Assembly: GCA_002269645.1 (NCBI GenBank)
Contig: NIVC01001302.1
Span: 62,001 to 126,000 of the forward strand
Origin: Macrostomum lignano
Lineage: Eukaryota
Reading direction: 5' to 3'
Length of the DNA stretch: 64,000 nt
The translations under genes were made by a program, and so were the position numbers. Shown here piece by piece: positions 13,121 to 25,341 of this stretch. The first letter of the stretch is position 1. Every line of letters starts with the position of its first letter. The notes below the pieces were generated by a model, which worked only from the letters and a program-made list of their open reading frames with translations, did no database searches and was not told the DNA's origin.

Positions 13121-13306
13121 CAATAGCGCAACCAGAAATTTTTCAAGGGGGGTGGATTCTGAGGGTAAAGTCCCGGGAGGGGGGCGGCAGAGGGGTGGCT
13201 CTGTTTTTGGCGAAAATTTGCTTGGTCTCCCTTTTGATTTTTTTTCAGTCCCCCGCCTAAGGGGGGGGGGGACCGCCCCCCCACCCCCCTCCTGGTTGCG
13301 CCACTG
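13121..13306. mobile_element. short hAT-like MITE (186 bp)
   Basis: TIRs caatagcgcaaccag / ctggttgcgccactg (2 mismatches). Flanks cccattag / tgcattag match at 6 of 8 positions. G/C-run-rich interior. Confidence 0.7.
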
Positions 13307-14084
13307 TGCATTAGGCCTAGCCTTGTATGTCAAAAGTTGGCATGTAGGACTCCTAAGAAAATAAAATAATATGCAAAAATGCACACCTGGTGTACACTTC
13401 ATAGAATCACATGGAAGAGTTAGGCCTAGTATTGACTCATAAGTAGAAAAATATTATTTCAAAAAGTTTATTTTAAATTTAAATTTAAAGCTTTTGTTTC
13501 TGGTTTTAAGCTTGTAACATTAGCATTTAAACAAAGTTTTGTGCAGATCAATTTTCCACTAAAGATAATATAGGCAAGAAATATAAAAAAGCACTCAAAT
13601 TATCTTCTAAAAAGGATTTTTTATATAATAAAAAAGGTCATTTACTGTTGCAGTGCAAAAAGGCTATTTATTGTTGCAATACTAGTATAGATTTGAAATT
13701 ATAAGTAGGCCTAGGGCATGCACTAAAAGTTTTTTTGGCATACATTTATAATTAGGCCCTATTAAATTTTTGTTAGTGCATGCATCAAACATGATTTAGA
13801 CTTATAAAATATAATAATATTTAGCTTTAACCTTTTAGTAAACCTATTTTTAAGTTTAAACATTTCAATAAATTTAGTTTTATAAAGCCTATATAAATAA
13901 AAATAGCAAACAACTAGCAATCTTCGCCCCCCGATGGGGGACATCTGGATAGAACTTCTGTTCTCTACAAGTAACAAAAAGACAGCCAAATAGAGTCTTC
14001 ACAAAGACGACAGAAAAACTGCTCAAATGAAGCATAATGCAAAAAGAAAACATCCCAAGACAGCAAGCGTCGCCCTCCCCCCCC

Positions 14085-14245
14085 AGATAGCAAGCACCCC
14101 CAGATAGCAAGCACCCCCAGATAGCAAGCACCCCCAGATAGCAAGCATCCCTCATATAGCAAGCACCCCAGATAGAAAGAACCCCCAGATAGCAAGCACC
14201 CAATTGATAGCAAGTATCTATCCTTAAATAGCAAGCATCCACCAG
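14085..14245 (+). repeat. 16-18-bp repeat (cccccagatagcaagca)n; second copy at about 17425-17570
   Basis: Tandem units near the Helitron 3' end in both copies. Confidence 0.85.
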
Positions 14246-14349
14246 ACAAAAAGTATATAGTGCAACATTTCCTTAGCTTTCTAGGGGCTGCTTTATGATT
14301 GGCATGACACTTCTTATTACGTTTGAAAATGTCTCTCCTGTGTTTGAAA

Positions 14350-16700
14350 TGGTGGCTATTTTATTTTTGAATTTGTGGCTTTTTAATGTTTGGCATGGTG
14401 ACTCTTTAATGTTCTACATGGTGGCTCTTTAATGTTTGACATCGTGCCAGTTTTATGTTTGTCATGGTGGCTCCTTAATGTTAGAAGCGGTGGCTCTTTA
14501 ATGTTTGACATGGAGTCACATATATGTTTCACATGGTGGCTCTTCTATGTCTAACTTGGTAGCTCATTTATGTTTGACATCGTGGCTCGTTAATGTTCGA
14601 CATGGTGGCTCTTTAACGTTCGACATGGCAGCTCTTTAATGTTCAACATGGTGGCTCTTTAATGTTTGACATGGTGGCTCTTTAACGTTCGACATGGTGG
14701 CGCTTTAATGTTCGACATGGTGGCTCTTTACTGTTTGACATGGTGGCTCTTTAATGTTCGACATGGTGGCTCTTTAATGTTTGACAGGGTGGCTCTTTAA
14801 TGTTCGAAATGGTGGCTCTTTAATGTTCGACAGGGTGGCTCTTTAATGTTTGACATGGTGGCTCTTTAATGTTCAACATGGTGGCTCTTTATTGTTTGAC
14901 ATGGTGGCTTTTTAATGTTCGACATGGTGGCTCTTTAATGCTCGACATTGTGGCTCTTTAATTTTCTACATTGTTGCTCTTTAATGTTTGACATGGTGGC
15001 TCTTTAATGTTCTACATGGTGGTTCATTAATGTTCTACATTGTGGCTCTTTAATTTTCTACATTGTGGCTCTTTAATATTTGACACGGTGGCTCTTTAAT
15101 GTTTGACATGGTGGTTCTTTAATGTTCGACATGGTGGCTCTTTTATGTTGGCATGGTGGCTCTTTAATGTTCGACATGGTGCGTGGCTCTTTTATGTTTG
15201 GCATGGTGGCTCTTTTTTGCTTAACACGGTGGCTCTTTATTGTTTAATATGGTGGCTCTGCAATGTTCGACATGGAGTTACGTATATGTTTGACATGGTG
15301 GCTCTTTTATGCTTGACATGGTGGCTCTTTATGTTCGACATGGTGGCTCTTTAATGTTTGACATGGTATAGCTCTTTTTTGTTAGACATGGTGGCTCTTT
15401 AATGTTCGACATGGTGGCTATTTAATGTTCGAAATGGTGGCTCTTTAATGTTAGACATGGTGGCTCTTTAATTTTTGACATGGTGGCTCTTTAATGTTGA
15501 CCTGGTGGCACTTTACTGTCTGCAATGATGGCTCTTTAATGTTTGACTTGATGGCTCTTTAATGTCTGACATGGAGTCACGTATATGTTGGACATGGTGG
15601 CTCTTTAATGTTTGACATGGTGGCTCTTCAATGTTTTACATGGTGGCTCTTTTATGCTTGACATGGTTGCTTTTTAATGTTCGACATGGTGGCTCTTTAA
15701 TGTTTGACATGGTGGCTCTTTAATGTTTGACATGGTGGCTCTTTTTTGCTTAACATGGTGGCTCTTTTATGTTCAACATGGTGGCTCTTTTATGTTGGCA
15801 TGGTGGCTCTTTAATGTTCGATATGGTGGCTCTTTAATGTTTGGCATGGTGGCTCTTTTTTGCTTAACACGGTGGCTCTTTATTGTTTGATATGGTGGCT
15901 CTGCAATGTTCGACATGGAGTTACGTATATGTTTGACATGGTGGCTCTTTTATGCTTGACATGGTGGCTCTTTAATGTTCGACATGGTGGCTCTTTTATG
16001 TTTGGCATGGTGGCTCTTTTATATTCGACATGGTGGCTCTTTAATGTTTGACATGGTGGCTCTTTAATGTTCGACATGGTGGCTCTTTATTGTTTGACAT
16101 GGTGGCTGTTTAATGTTCGACGTGGTGGCTCTTTAATGTTTGACATAAAGTCACATATATGTTCGACATGGTGGCTCTTTAATGTTTGACATAAAGTCAC
16201 ATATATATGTTTGACATGGTGGCTCCTAAATTTTTGACATGGTGGCTCTTTAATGTTCGACATGGTGGCTCTTTAATGTTCGAAATAGTGGCTCTTTAAT
16301 GTTTGACATGGTGGCTCTTTAATGTTCAAAATGGTGGCTCTTTAATGTTCGAAATGGTTGCTGTTTAATGTTCGAAATGGTAGCTTTTTTATGTTCGACA
16401 TGGTGGCTCTTTAATGTTTGACATGGTGGCCTCTAATTGTTTGACATGGTGGCTCTTTAATGTTCGAAATGGTGGCTCTTTTATGTTTGACATGGTGGCT
16501 CTTTTATGTTTGACCTGGTGGCTCTTTTATGTTTGACATGGTGGCTCTTTTATGTTTGACATGGTGGCTCTTTTATGTTTGACATGGTGGCTCTTTTATG
16601 TTTGACATGGTGGCTCTTCTATGTTTGATATGGTAACTCTTTTATGTTCGATATGTTGGCTCTTCTATGTTTGATATTGCGCTTCTTTGATGTTTAGCAG
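14350..16700 (+). repeat. 23-bp satellite (ggtggctctttaatgtttgacat)n inside Helitron copy 1
   Basis: About 100 diverged monomers, interspersed with a ggagtcacgtatat variant monomer. Confidence 0.95.
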
Positions 16701-17629
16701 TTTTGTTGTGTTGTTAAGGTGTTTTAATAAAAAAAATCTTTTTGTACTACTAAGATTTGAACCCAGGTTGCTACATTAGCATTCCAGTCTGTTCGCATCA
16801 GGGCTATCTCTTTTCAATTGGAGAACATGAATTGTGGCCCTTAGAATTCAATTCTTACAGCAAGTCAATTGGAGTAAAAAGTTATGACATAATCAATTTC
16901 TCAGTCAGCCAGTATCAGTCTCAATTTAAGTTAGCAATATGGTTACGCAATTTAAATCAAGTCGTGTGTGCATTTCTTCGGCACTGTTTTCAACTTGTTG
17001 TGATGCAATCTTTATCACAATCGGAATTCAGTCAGTCAGTTTTTTCTCTAGCATTCTTACAATGCATTTCAAGTCGAAAATTTGGCTTGACCTTTGCAAA
17101 AAAGCATGTTTTTCGAATATTTAATCCCTTTAACATTGAGCAATTTCTTAGCCAAGATGCATGTACCGTCCCAGGAAAATTTCTGATCGAATGGTGCAAG
17201 TTTGAAGAAAATCGGTTGAGCCAATTTTTCTGAAATCTATCGCATAGCTACAGACATTTCATTTTTAGTATATGGGACTAGCAATCTTCGCCCCCCTTTG
17301 GGGGACATCTGTATAGAATCTCTGTTCTCTACAAGTAATAAGAAGATAGCCAAATAAAGCTTTCACAAAGAAAACAGACAAACTACTCAAATGAAGTGCA
17401 ATGCAAAATAAAATCATCCCAAGACAGCAAGCATCCCCCAGATAGCAAGCATCCCCCAGATAGCAAGCATCCCCCAGATAGCAAGCATCCCCCAGATAGC
17501 AAGCATCCCCAGATAGCAAGCATCCCCCAGATAGATAGCATCCCCAAATAGTAAGCATCCACCAGACAATAAGTAGCTAGTGCGACAATTTCCTTAACAT
17601 TATAGTGGCTCCTTTAAAATTCGCTCACT

Positions 17630-20600
17630 TTTACGTTTGAAATTGTGTATCTTTTATGTTTGACATGGTGGCTCTTTTATGTTTGAAATGAAGTCACTTA
17701 TATGTTTGACATGGTGAATCTTTTAAATGTTTTACAGGTTGGCTCTTTAATTTGCAACATGGTGGCTCCTTTATGTTCGACATGGTGGCTCTTTTATATT
17801 AGACATGGTGGCTCTTTTATGTTCTACATGGTGGTTCTTTTATGTTCGACATGGTGGCTCTTTAATATTCAACAAAGTGGCTTTTTAATGTTTGACATAA
17901 TGACTCTTTACTGTTCAAAATGGTGGCTCCTTAATGTTTGACATGGTGGCTCTTTAATGTTCGCCATGGTGGCTCTGTTATGTTTGACATGGTGGCTCTT
18001 TAATGTTTTACATGGTGGCTCTTATGTTTGCCATGGTGGCTCTTTTATGATTGACATGGTGGCTCTTTAATGTTTGACATGGAGTCACATATATGTTCGA
18101 TATGGAGTCATGTATATGTTTGACATGGAGTCACGTATATGTTTGACATGGTGGCTCCTTTATGTTTGACATGGTGGCTCTTTACTGTTTGACATAGTGG
18201 CTCTTTAATATTCAACAAAGTGGCTCTTTAATGTTCGACATGGTGGCTCTTTAATGTTTTACATAGTGGCACTTTAATATTCAACAAAGTGGCTCTTTAA
18301 TGTTTGACATGGTGACTCTTTAATTTTCAAAATGGTGGCTCTTTAATGTTTGACATAGTGGCTCTTTAATGTTCAACATAGTGGCTCTTTAATGTTCGAC
18401 ACGATGGCACTTTAATGTTCGACATGGTGGCTCTTTTATATTAGACATGGTGGCTCTTTTATGTTCGACATGGTTGCTCTTTAATGTTTGACATGGTAGC
18501 TCGTTAATGTTCGACACGATGGCACTTTAATGATTGACATGGTGGTTCTTTAATGTTCGACATGGTGGCTCTTTAATGTTCGAAATGTTTTTTTTGTTTT
18601 ACAGTGGCTCTTTAATGTTCAACATAGTGGCTCTTTTTTGTTTGAAATAAAGTCTCTTATACGTTTGACATGGTGGCTCTTTAATGTTCGGCATGGTGGC
18701 TCTTTAATGTTCGACATGAAGTCACGTGTATGTTTGATATAGAGTCACATATATGTTTTTCATAGTGGCTCTTTAATGTTTGACATGGTGGCTCTTTAAT
18801 GTTCGACATGGTGGCTCCTTTATGTTCGACATGGTGGCTCTTTAATGTTTGACATGGTGGCTCTTTACTGTTTGACATGGTGGCTCTTTTCTGTTTGACA
18901 TGATGGTTCTTTTATGTTTGAAATGGTAACTCTTTAATGTTTGATATAGTGGCTCTTTTATGTTCGACATGGTGGCTCTTTTATGTTTGAAATGGTAGCT
19001 CTTTAATGTTTGATATAGTGGCTCTTTAATGTTCTACATGGAGTCGCGTATATGCTCGAGATGGTGGCTCTTTAATGTTTGACATGTTGGCTCTATTATG
19101 TTTACATGGTGGCTCTTTAATTTTTGACATTGTGGCCCTTTAATGTTCGACATGGTGGCTCTTTAATGTTTGACATGGTGACTCTTTTATGTTTGACATG
19201 GTGGCTCTAATGTTTGACATGGTGGCTCTTTTATGTTTGACATGGTGGCTCTTTAATTTTTGACATTGTGGCTCTTTAATGTTTGACATGGTAGCTCCTT
19301 AATGTTTGACATGGTGGCTCTTTAATGTTGGACACGATGGCTCTTTAATGTTCGACATGGAGTCACATATATGTTCGACATGATAGCTCTATAATGTTCG
19401 ACATGGAGTCACATATATGTTCGACATGATGGCTCTTTAATGTTCGACATGGAGTCACATATATGTTGGACATGATGGCTCTTTAATATTCGAAATAGTG
19501 GCTCTTTTATGTTTGACATGGTGGCTCTTTTATGTTTGACATGGTGGCTCTTTAATGTTGGACATGATGGCTCTTTAATGTTCGACATGGAGTCACATAT
19601 ATGTTCGACATGATAGCTCTATAATGTTCGACATGGAGTCACATATATGTTCGACATGATGGCTCTTTAATGTTCGACATGGAGTCACATATATGTTCGA
19701 CATGATGGCTCTTTAATATTCGAAATAGTGGCTCTTTTATGTTTGACATGGTGGCTCTTTTATGTTTGGCATGGAGTCACGTATATGTTTGACATGGTGG
19801 CTCTTTAATGTTTGACAAAACAAAACAAAATAAAACTATTTTATGTTTGACATGGTGGCTCAATAATGTTTGACATGGTGGCTCAATAATGTTTGACATG
19901 GTGGATCTTTTATGTTTGACATGGTGGTTCTTTAATGTTTGAAATGGAGTCACGTATATGTTTGTCATGGAGTCACGTATATTTTTTACATGGTGGCTCT
20001 TAAATGTTTGACATGGTGGCTCTTCAATGTTCTTCATGGTGGCTCTTTTATGTTTGACATGGTGGCTCTTTAATGTTTGACATGGAGTCACGTACATGTC
20101 TGACATGGTGGCTCTTTTATGTTTGACATGGAGTCACGTATATGTTTGACATGTTGGCTCTTTAATGTTCGACATGGAGTCACGTATATGCTTTACATGG
20201 TGGCTCTTTTATTTTTGACATGGTGGCTCTTTAATGTTCAACATGGTGGCTCTTTTATGTTTGACATGGTGGCTCTTTTATGTTTGACATGGAGTCACGT
20301 ATATGTTTTACATGGTGGCGCTTTTATGTTTGACATAGTGGCTTTTTTACGTTTGACATGGTCGCTCTTTAATGTTCTACATGGTGGCTCTTTTATTTTT
20401 TTCATGGTAGCTCTTTAATGTTCGACATGGTGTCTCTTCAATATTTGACATGACGTCATGTATATGTTTGACATGGCTCTTTAATGTTTGACATCCAGTC
20501 ACGTATATGTTTTACATGGTGGTTCTTTTATGTTTGACATGGTTGCCCTTTAATGTTCAACATGGTGTCTCTTTAATATTTGACATGGAGTCACGTACAT

Positions 20601-20745
20601 GTTTGACATTGTGGGTCTTTTATGCTTGATATGGTGGCTCTTTAATGTTTTACATGGTAGCTCTTTTATTTTTAATATGGTGGCTCTTTTATGTTCAATA
20701 TGGTGGCTCTGTAATGTTCGACATGGTGGCTCTTTTATGTTTAGC
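17630..20745 (+). repeat. 23-bp satellite inside Helitron copy 2
   Basis: Same monomer as 14350-16700. Confidence 0.95.
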
Positions 20746-20790
20746 ATTTTGTGTTTTTAAGGTGTTTTAATAAAAAAATTATTTTGCACT

Positions 20791-20850
20791 ACTAAGATTC
20801 GAACCCAGGTCGCTACATTAGCAGTCCAGTCTGTTCGCATCTAGACTATC
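20791..20850 (-). other. tRNA-Ser(GCT)-like fragment inside the Helitron (more degenerate copy at about 16750-16810)
   Basis: Minus strand gatagtctagatgcgaacagacTGGACTGCTAATgtagcgacctGGGTTCGAATCttagt: a Ser(GCT)-like anticodon arm plus a B box, with no acceptor stem. Confidence 0.55.
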
Positions 20851-21134
20851 TCTTTTCAATTGGAGAACATGAATTTTGGCCCTTATAATTCAATACTTAC
20901 AGCAAGTCGTTTAGTGTAAAAATGTGTATGACATAATCCATACATGCGCAACTGCTGGCCGACCTGGCCGATCCGGCCACCGTAAATCGTGGCTGACAGG
21001 GGTAAGTCGCAAAATTGAGTCAACCAAAAACAGAAAAACACAAGAACCAAGAAAGGCAAGAGGAAAGCGAAAGAAAGAGCAGTTCAGGGAAAATGGTGAA
21101 GCAAAAGAAAAACAATTCGCAAAAGAAGCAAACT

Positions 21135-21620
21135 AAGTTGTAAAAATAATCAGGTAAGTCGCAAAAAGGATCAGGTAAGTCGCAAAAGAAGCAAACTAAG
21201 TCGCAAAAAGGATCAGGTAAGTCACAAAAGAAGCAAACTAAGTCGCAAAAAGGATCAGGTAAGTCACAAAAGAAGCAAACTAAGTCGCAAAAAGAATCAG
21301 GTAAGTCGCAAAAGGGTTAGGTAAGTCGCAAAAAGGATTAGGTAAGTCCCAAAAAGGATCAGGTAAGTCGCAAAAAGAATCAGCTAAGTCGCAAAAGGAT
21401 CAGCTAAGTCGCAAAAGGATTAGGTAAGTCGCAAAAGGGTTAGGTAAGTCGCAAAAGGATTAGGTAAGTCGCAAAAGGGTTAGGTAAGTCGCAAAAAGGA
21501 TTAGGTAAGTCGCAAAAAGGATTAGGTAAGTCGCAAAAAGGATTAGGTAAGTCGCAAAAAGGATTAGGTAAGTCGCAAAAAGGATTAGGTAAGTCGCAAA
21601 AAGAAGCAACTAAGTCGCAA
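21135..21620 (+). repeat. 21-bp minisatellite (ggtaagtcgcaaaaaggatta)n
   Basis: Tandem units inside the hAT element; the core motif also occurs near both termini. Confidence 0.93.
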
Positions 21621-21856
21621 TAAGAGGGAAGTAAGTCACAATCAGAGGCAATCAGGGGGTAGTAGGTGCAAGTGTGGCAGGAGAGCAAAAACAGAAAAGA
21701 AGCCTTCAACAACAGACAAGATCTTTGAAATCAGAAGCCCACGTCAACAGTTTCCCATTGATTTCTTAAACTCTGGAGCAGGGGTTGGCAAACTCCGGCT
21801 CGCGAAGCCCCTCTATCTGGCCCTCGCCCCTCGGGTTCTTTGAAACTTCCTAACTA

Positions 21857-22654
21857 CGCTTGAATGTGCTTGGTGTCATTTGAAAGTGGCAAGTCTCTTC
21901 TTTAAAATGACACCAATTACAAGAGATTTGGATCTGTGCTTCAAGAGATATGGACGATTAAGTAGAGAAAGGTCGGTCATAGACTTACAGAACCTCAAAA
22001 ATGTCAACAGAAAACTTTTACGATTTTATCGATTTTTTCGTAATCATGGGCTGTCTATGGCCAAATGTGATGCAGTGAACGAGAGGGGCTGTCTCATAAA
22101 ACTACGAGACTTGTAAAAATGCTTCTGCTGCGCCTGCAAAGTTTATTGACATTCAATTTTCAATTGTGAACTGCAAATGGATGTGCATTCAAAGACTGGG
22201 CAGCGACATGCCATATTTACACTTTGGAGCTCCGGAACCAAATTGGCTGACATCCACAGGCAACTTTGCACAGCTCATGGCGACCATGCTGTCAGCAAGA
22301 TGATAAGCCTGCCAACCGATGAATGATTTTAATGTTGTTCGCTTGTGTGATAATTTGCTTGTTATCTGTTTCACCTGCTTCTGTACTGTACTGTTGTGTT
22401 TTTTGTTTTTTTCTGGAGTAATTACGCTCGTGATAAAAGTTTTCTGTTGACATTTTTGAGGTTCTGTAAGTCTATGACTGACCTTTCTCTACTTGATCGT
22501 CCATATCTCTTGAAGCACAGATTCAAATCTCTTGCAATTGGTGTCATTTTAAAGAAGAGACTTGCCGCTTTCAAATGACACCAAGCACATGCAAGTGTGA
22601 CTGTCCATACGTCCACACCAAGCAAAAGTAACACTACTTTCCGGACGCCCCTCG
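21857..22654 (+). mobile_element. internally deleted mariner element with long inverted arms
   Basis: The right end reads TA|CGAGGGGCGTCCGGAAAG on the minus strand, a mariner-type TIR. TA flanks at 21855-56 and 22655-56. Inverted arms of about 160 bp (21860-22020 and 22434-22595). Confidence 0.8.
22177..22326 (+). pseudogene. mariner transposase N-terminal HTH remnant
   Basis: MDVHSKTGQRHAIFTLWSSGTKLADIHRQLCTAHGDHAVSK fits the mariner pattern QR.VI.FL...G....EIH..L...YGD..S. It is too short to appear in the ORF track. Confidence 0.75.
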
Positions 22655-22679
22655 TAGCAAGGTTGGTGTCTCTTCAACT

Positions 22680-23340
22680 CTCATCTCTCTCTTCTCTACC
22701 TTGCCTCCCCTCTTCTCTCTCTCCCCCCTTTTCCCTCTTCTCTCTCCTCTCATTTTTACTCTCCTCTCTTCTCCCCCTTTCTCTCTACCCTTTCTCCTCA
22801 ATGCCCTCTTCTCTCCTCTTATCTTCAGCAAAAATATGTGCATATTTTCTTACTTCAAAGTAGAGGGAATAGAAGATTAGAGATAATCAAACAGAGGAGA
22901 GGCGAGCGATGCGATGGGAGAAAAGATAGAAGAGGAGAGAAAAGCTGAGGGAGGAAAAAGAGATGAGAGAGAAGAGGAGATGAGAGGAAAGAGGGAAGAA
23001 AAGATGATGGATGAGATCAGAAGAGAGGAAAGAGGAGAGAGTAGATGAGAGAAGAGAGGATAAAGAGGAGATGAGAGGAGAGTGAAGAGAGGAGAGATGA
23101 GAGAGTAGAAAAGAGAGGAGAGATAAGATGAGAGAGTAGAGTGGAGAGAGACGAGAGGGAAGATAAGATGAGAGAGTAGAGTGGAATGGAGAGAGACGAG
23201 AGGAGAGATAAGAATGTAGAGAGGAGACAGAAGAGATAGGAGAGGAGAGGAAAGAGAGGAGAGAGGAGAGGAAAGAGAGAAGGGATAAGGGATGAGAGAG
23301 AAAAGAAAAAGAGGATGAGAAGATTGAGGAATGGAGAGAA
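22680..23340. repeat. low-complexity (CT)-rich tract (22680-22820) and (AG)-rich tract (22890-23340)
   Basis: Base composition seen directly. Confidence 0.9.
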
Positions 23341-25198
23341 TTTGCAAAGGCCTCAAATCTTAGTTTAACATGCATTATTCCCATCTTTGCCTTTTTCCTA
23401 ACTGTTAACAAGTTTTTGTTTGAGCATGACTTCAAATTTAGAATCTATGCAAAAATAGTTCCGGGAATTAGAATTCAGTGGTTTAAAAATCTGTGGGTTT
23501 TCACAGCTTGTATCTCTACTGGATTCGTATTCTGCATCTGATGAGCCATCTGAATCAGGGCTCTCATCTTCCATGCCAAATCGTCTAGCAAATCGTTCTT
23601 GAGCTATAGGTCACACTGTATTCACTTCACTTACTTCTGGACATTCATGAATCATGACTTTTGTAGTATGCTCACTACACTGTACTGACAATTTACTAAT
23701 TGCTTCATGCCGCCACTAGATGACATACTGATTAGCTGTTATAAAAACGCGGAATCTGCACGCAGCACTAATTAGCTGGCGAGGCATTTAGCTTTAAAAA
23801 TATGGTCATAGTTACTCCTGCCGTTTACCTAAAGTTTTTGCTTGGCTCTTTCATAGGTAAGTCGCATTTTTATCGAAAACTAAGTCGCACGGCCAGCGTA
23901 ATTTCAGAAGTTGCGCATGTATGACATAATCAATTTCTCAGTCAGCCAGTATCCATCTCAATTGAAGTTAGCAATATAATTACGCAATTTTAATCAAGTC
24001 TTGTGCGCATTTCTTCGACACTGTTTTCAACTTGTTGTGATGTAATATTTATCAGAATCGAAATTCAGTCAGTCAGTTTTTTCTCTAGCATTTTTACAAT
24101 GCAATTCAAGTCGAAAATTTGGCTTGACCTTTGCAAAAAAGCATGTTTTTCGAATATTTAATCCCTTTAACATTGAGCAATTTCTTAGCCAATATGCATG
24201 TACCGTCCCGGGAAAATTTCTGATCGAATGGTGCAAGTTTGAAGAAAATCGGTTGAGCCGTTCGGGAGAAAATCAATTACAAGCAAGCAACCAAGCATTT
24301 CATTTTTAGTATATTAGAAGGGAAGGAAACTATCCTTCTATTATAAATAGACTAATTAATTATACAAAATATCTTTGTATATAACTTTCATTGTTAAATA
24401 TAGGGCTAAGGTTAGGGTTAGTAGGTTGATTAATTTTTTAAGATTTCAAGGCTTATAGTATAGGAGGGGGGTTGTTAAGATGTCAAGGGAGGAAGTTAAT
24501 ATGTTAAGACTTGTGGGGGGAATTGCTGACATGTCAAGGCTTATAAGAGACTGCTAAGGTATATTGCAAAGAGATGCTATAAGTTATTAAAAAACTTATA
24601 TTGTATTTTTTTGGCTTCCCAATGCTGAATGTTTGAATGTTTGAACATTCCCAATGTTTGAAACAATTCAGACAAACTTAGGATGCTAATAAGAGCTTCA
24701 GCTATTAAGTTTCTCATGTTTGTAGTTTTAAAAAATGACTAAATTGTTAAATTGTAGTTGAATTGCTTGGTAATAAAATTGTTAAATATCTAGCAGTGAA
24801 AAAAGATGGCAATAAAATTGTGGTAGTCAAATTGTAGCAATCAATTGTCAGTCTCCTAGAAAAGAGAGATACATTGGGTAGTAATTACTAATATTGAGTA
24901 TAGCCCTATTTATAATAACAATAAAACAAAATTATAGATGGTAAAAAACCCAAAATATACTAAAGGTAAAAGGGATATCCACATAGGGAAATAGTGACAT
25001 TGACAACTACATGCCATGGTTATAGGGAGGGAGAAACATTACAGTATGTGGGGAATGTTTACATATGGGGAAGTAGAAGCTTTGCCTACCACAGAATATT
25101 TATTTCTAATGAAATTAAAAAAGCACAATTTTTTTAATTGTATAAAAATAATGTATCATGGTTAAAAAGAAATATAAACATACACCCAGAACTTTGAG

Positions 25199-25341
25199 AT
25201 TCACCTAGCCATTTCTATTGGCAACACATACATGTAAGTTGCTATTAGCTAAAAGCAGTCACGTGACTACTATTCTTATGCAATAGTGATTTAAATTTGT
25301 GTGTATGTGTGTGTGTTGCCAATAGAAATGGCTAGGTGAAT
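25199..25341. other. foldback/MITE-like palindrome
   Basis: 30-bp perfect inverted arms attcacctagccatttctattggcaacaca, with a central palindrome agtcacgtgact at 25257-25268. Confidence 0.75.

Larger units (their letters stand above)
13914..17277 (-). mobile_element. non-autonomous Helitron, copy 1 (about 3.36 kb), with internal satellites
   Basis: On the minus strand: 5' TCCCATATACTAAAAATG; 3' hairpin ccccc-atcg-ggggg followed by cgaagattgCTAG and then T. Confidence 0.8.
20939..23923. mobile_element. non-autonomous hAT element (2985 bp)
   Basis: Perfect 15-bp TIRs catacatgcgcaact / agttgcgcatgtatg. 8-bp TSD ACATAATC at 20931-20938 and 23924-23931. The empty site atgacataatcaatttctca is present in Helitron copy 1. 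Confidence 0.95.
17278..24318 (-). mobile_element. non-autonomous Helitron, copy 2, interrupted by a hAT insertion
   Basis: 3' end gtcccccaaaggggggcgaagattgCTAG abuts the 5' TC of copy 1. 5' end TCTAATATACTAAAAATG at 24318. The non-repeat parts clearly match copy 1 but are diverged. Confidence 0.8.

Noticed and set aside
21779-21794. caggggttggcaaact, resembling a Charlie-type hAT terminus
   Set aside because: I found no partner TIR or TSD.
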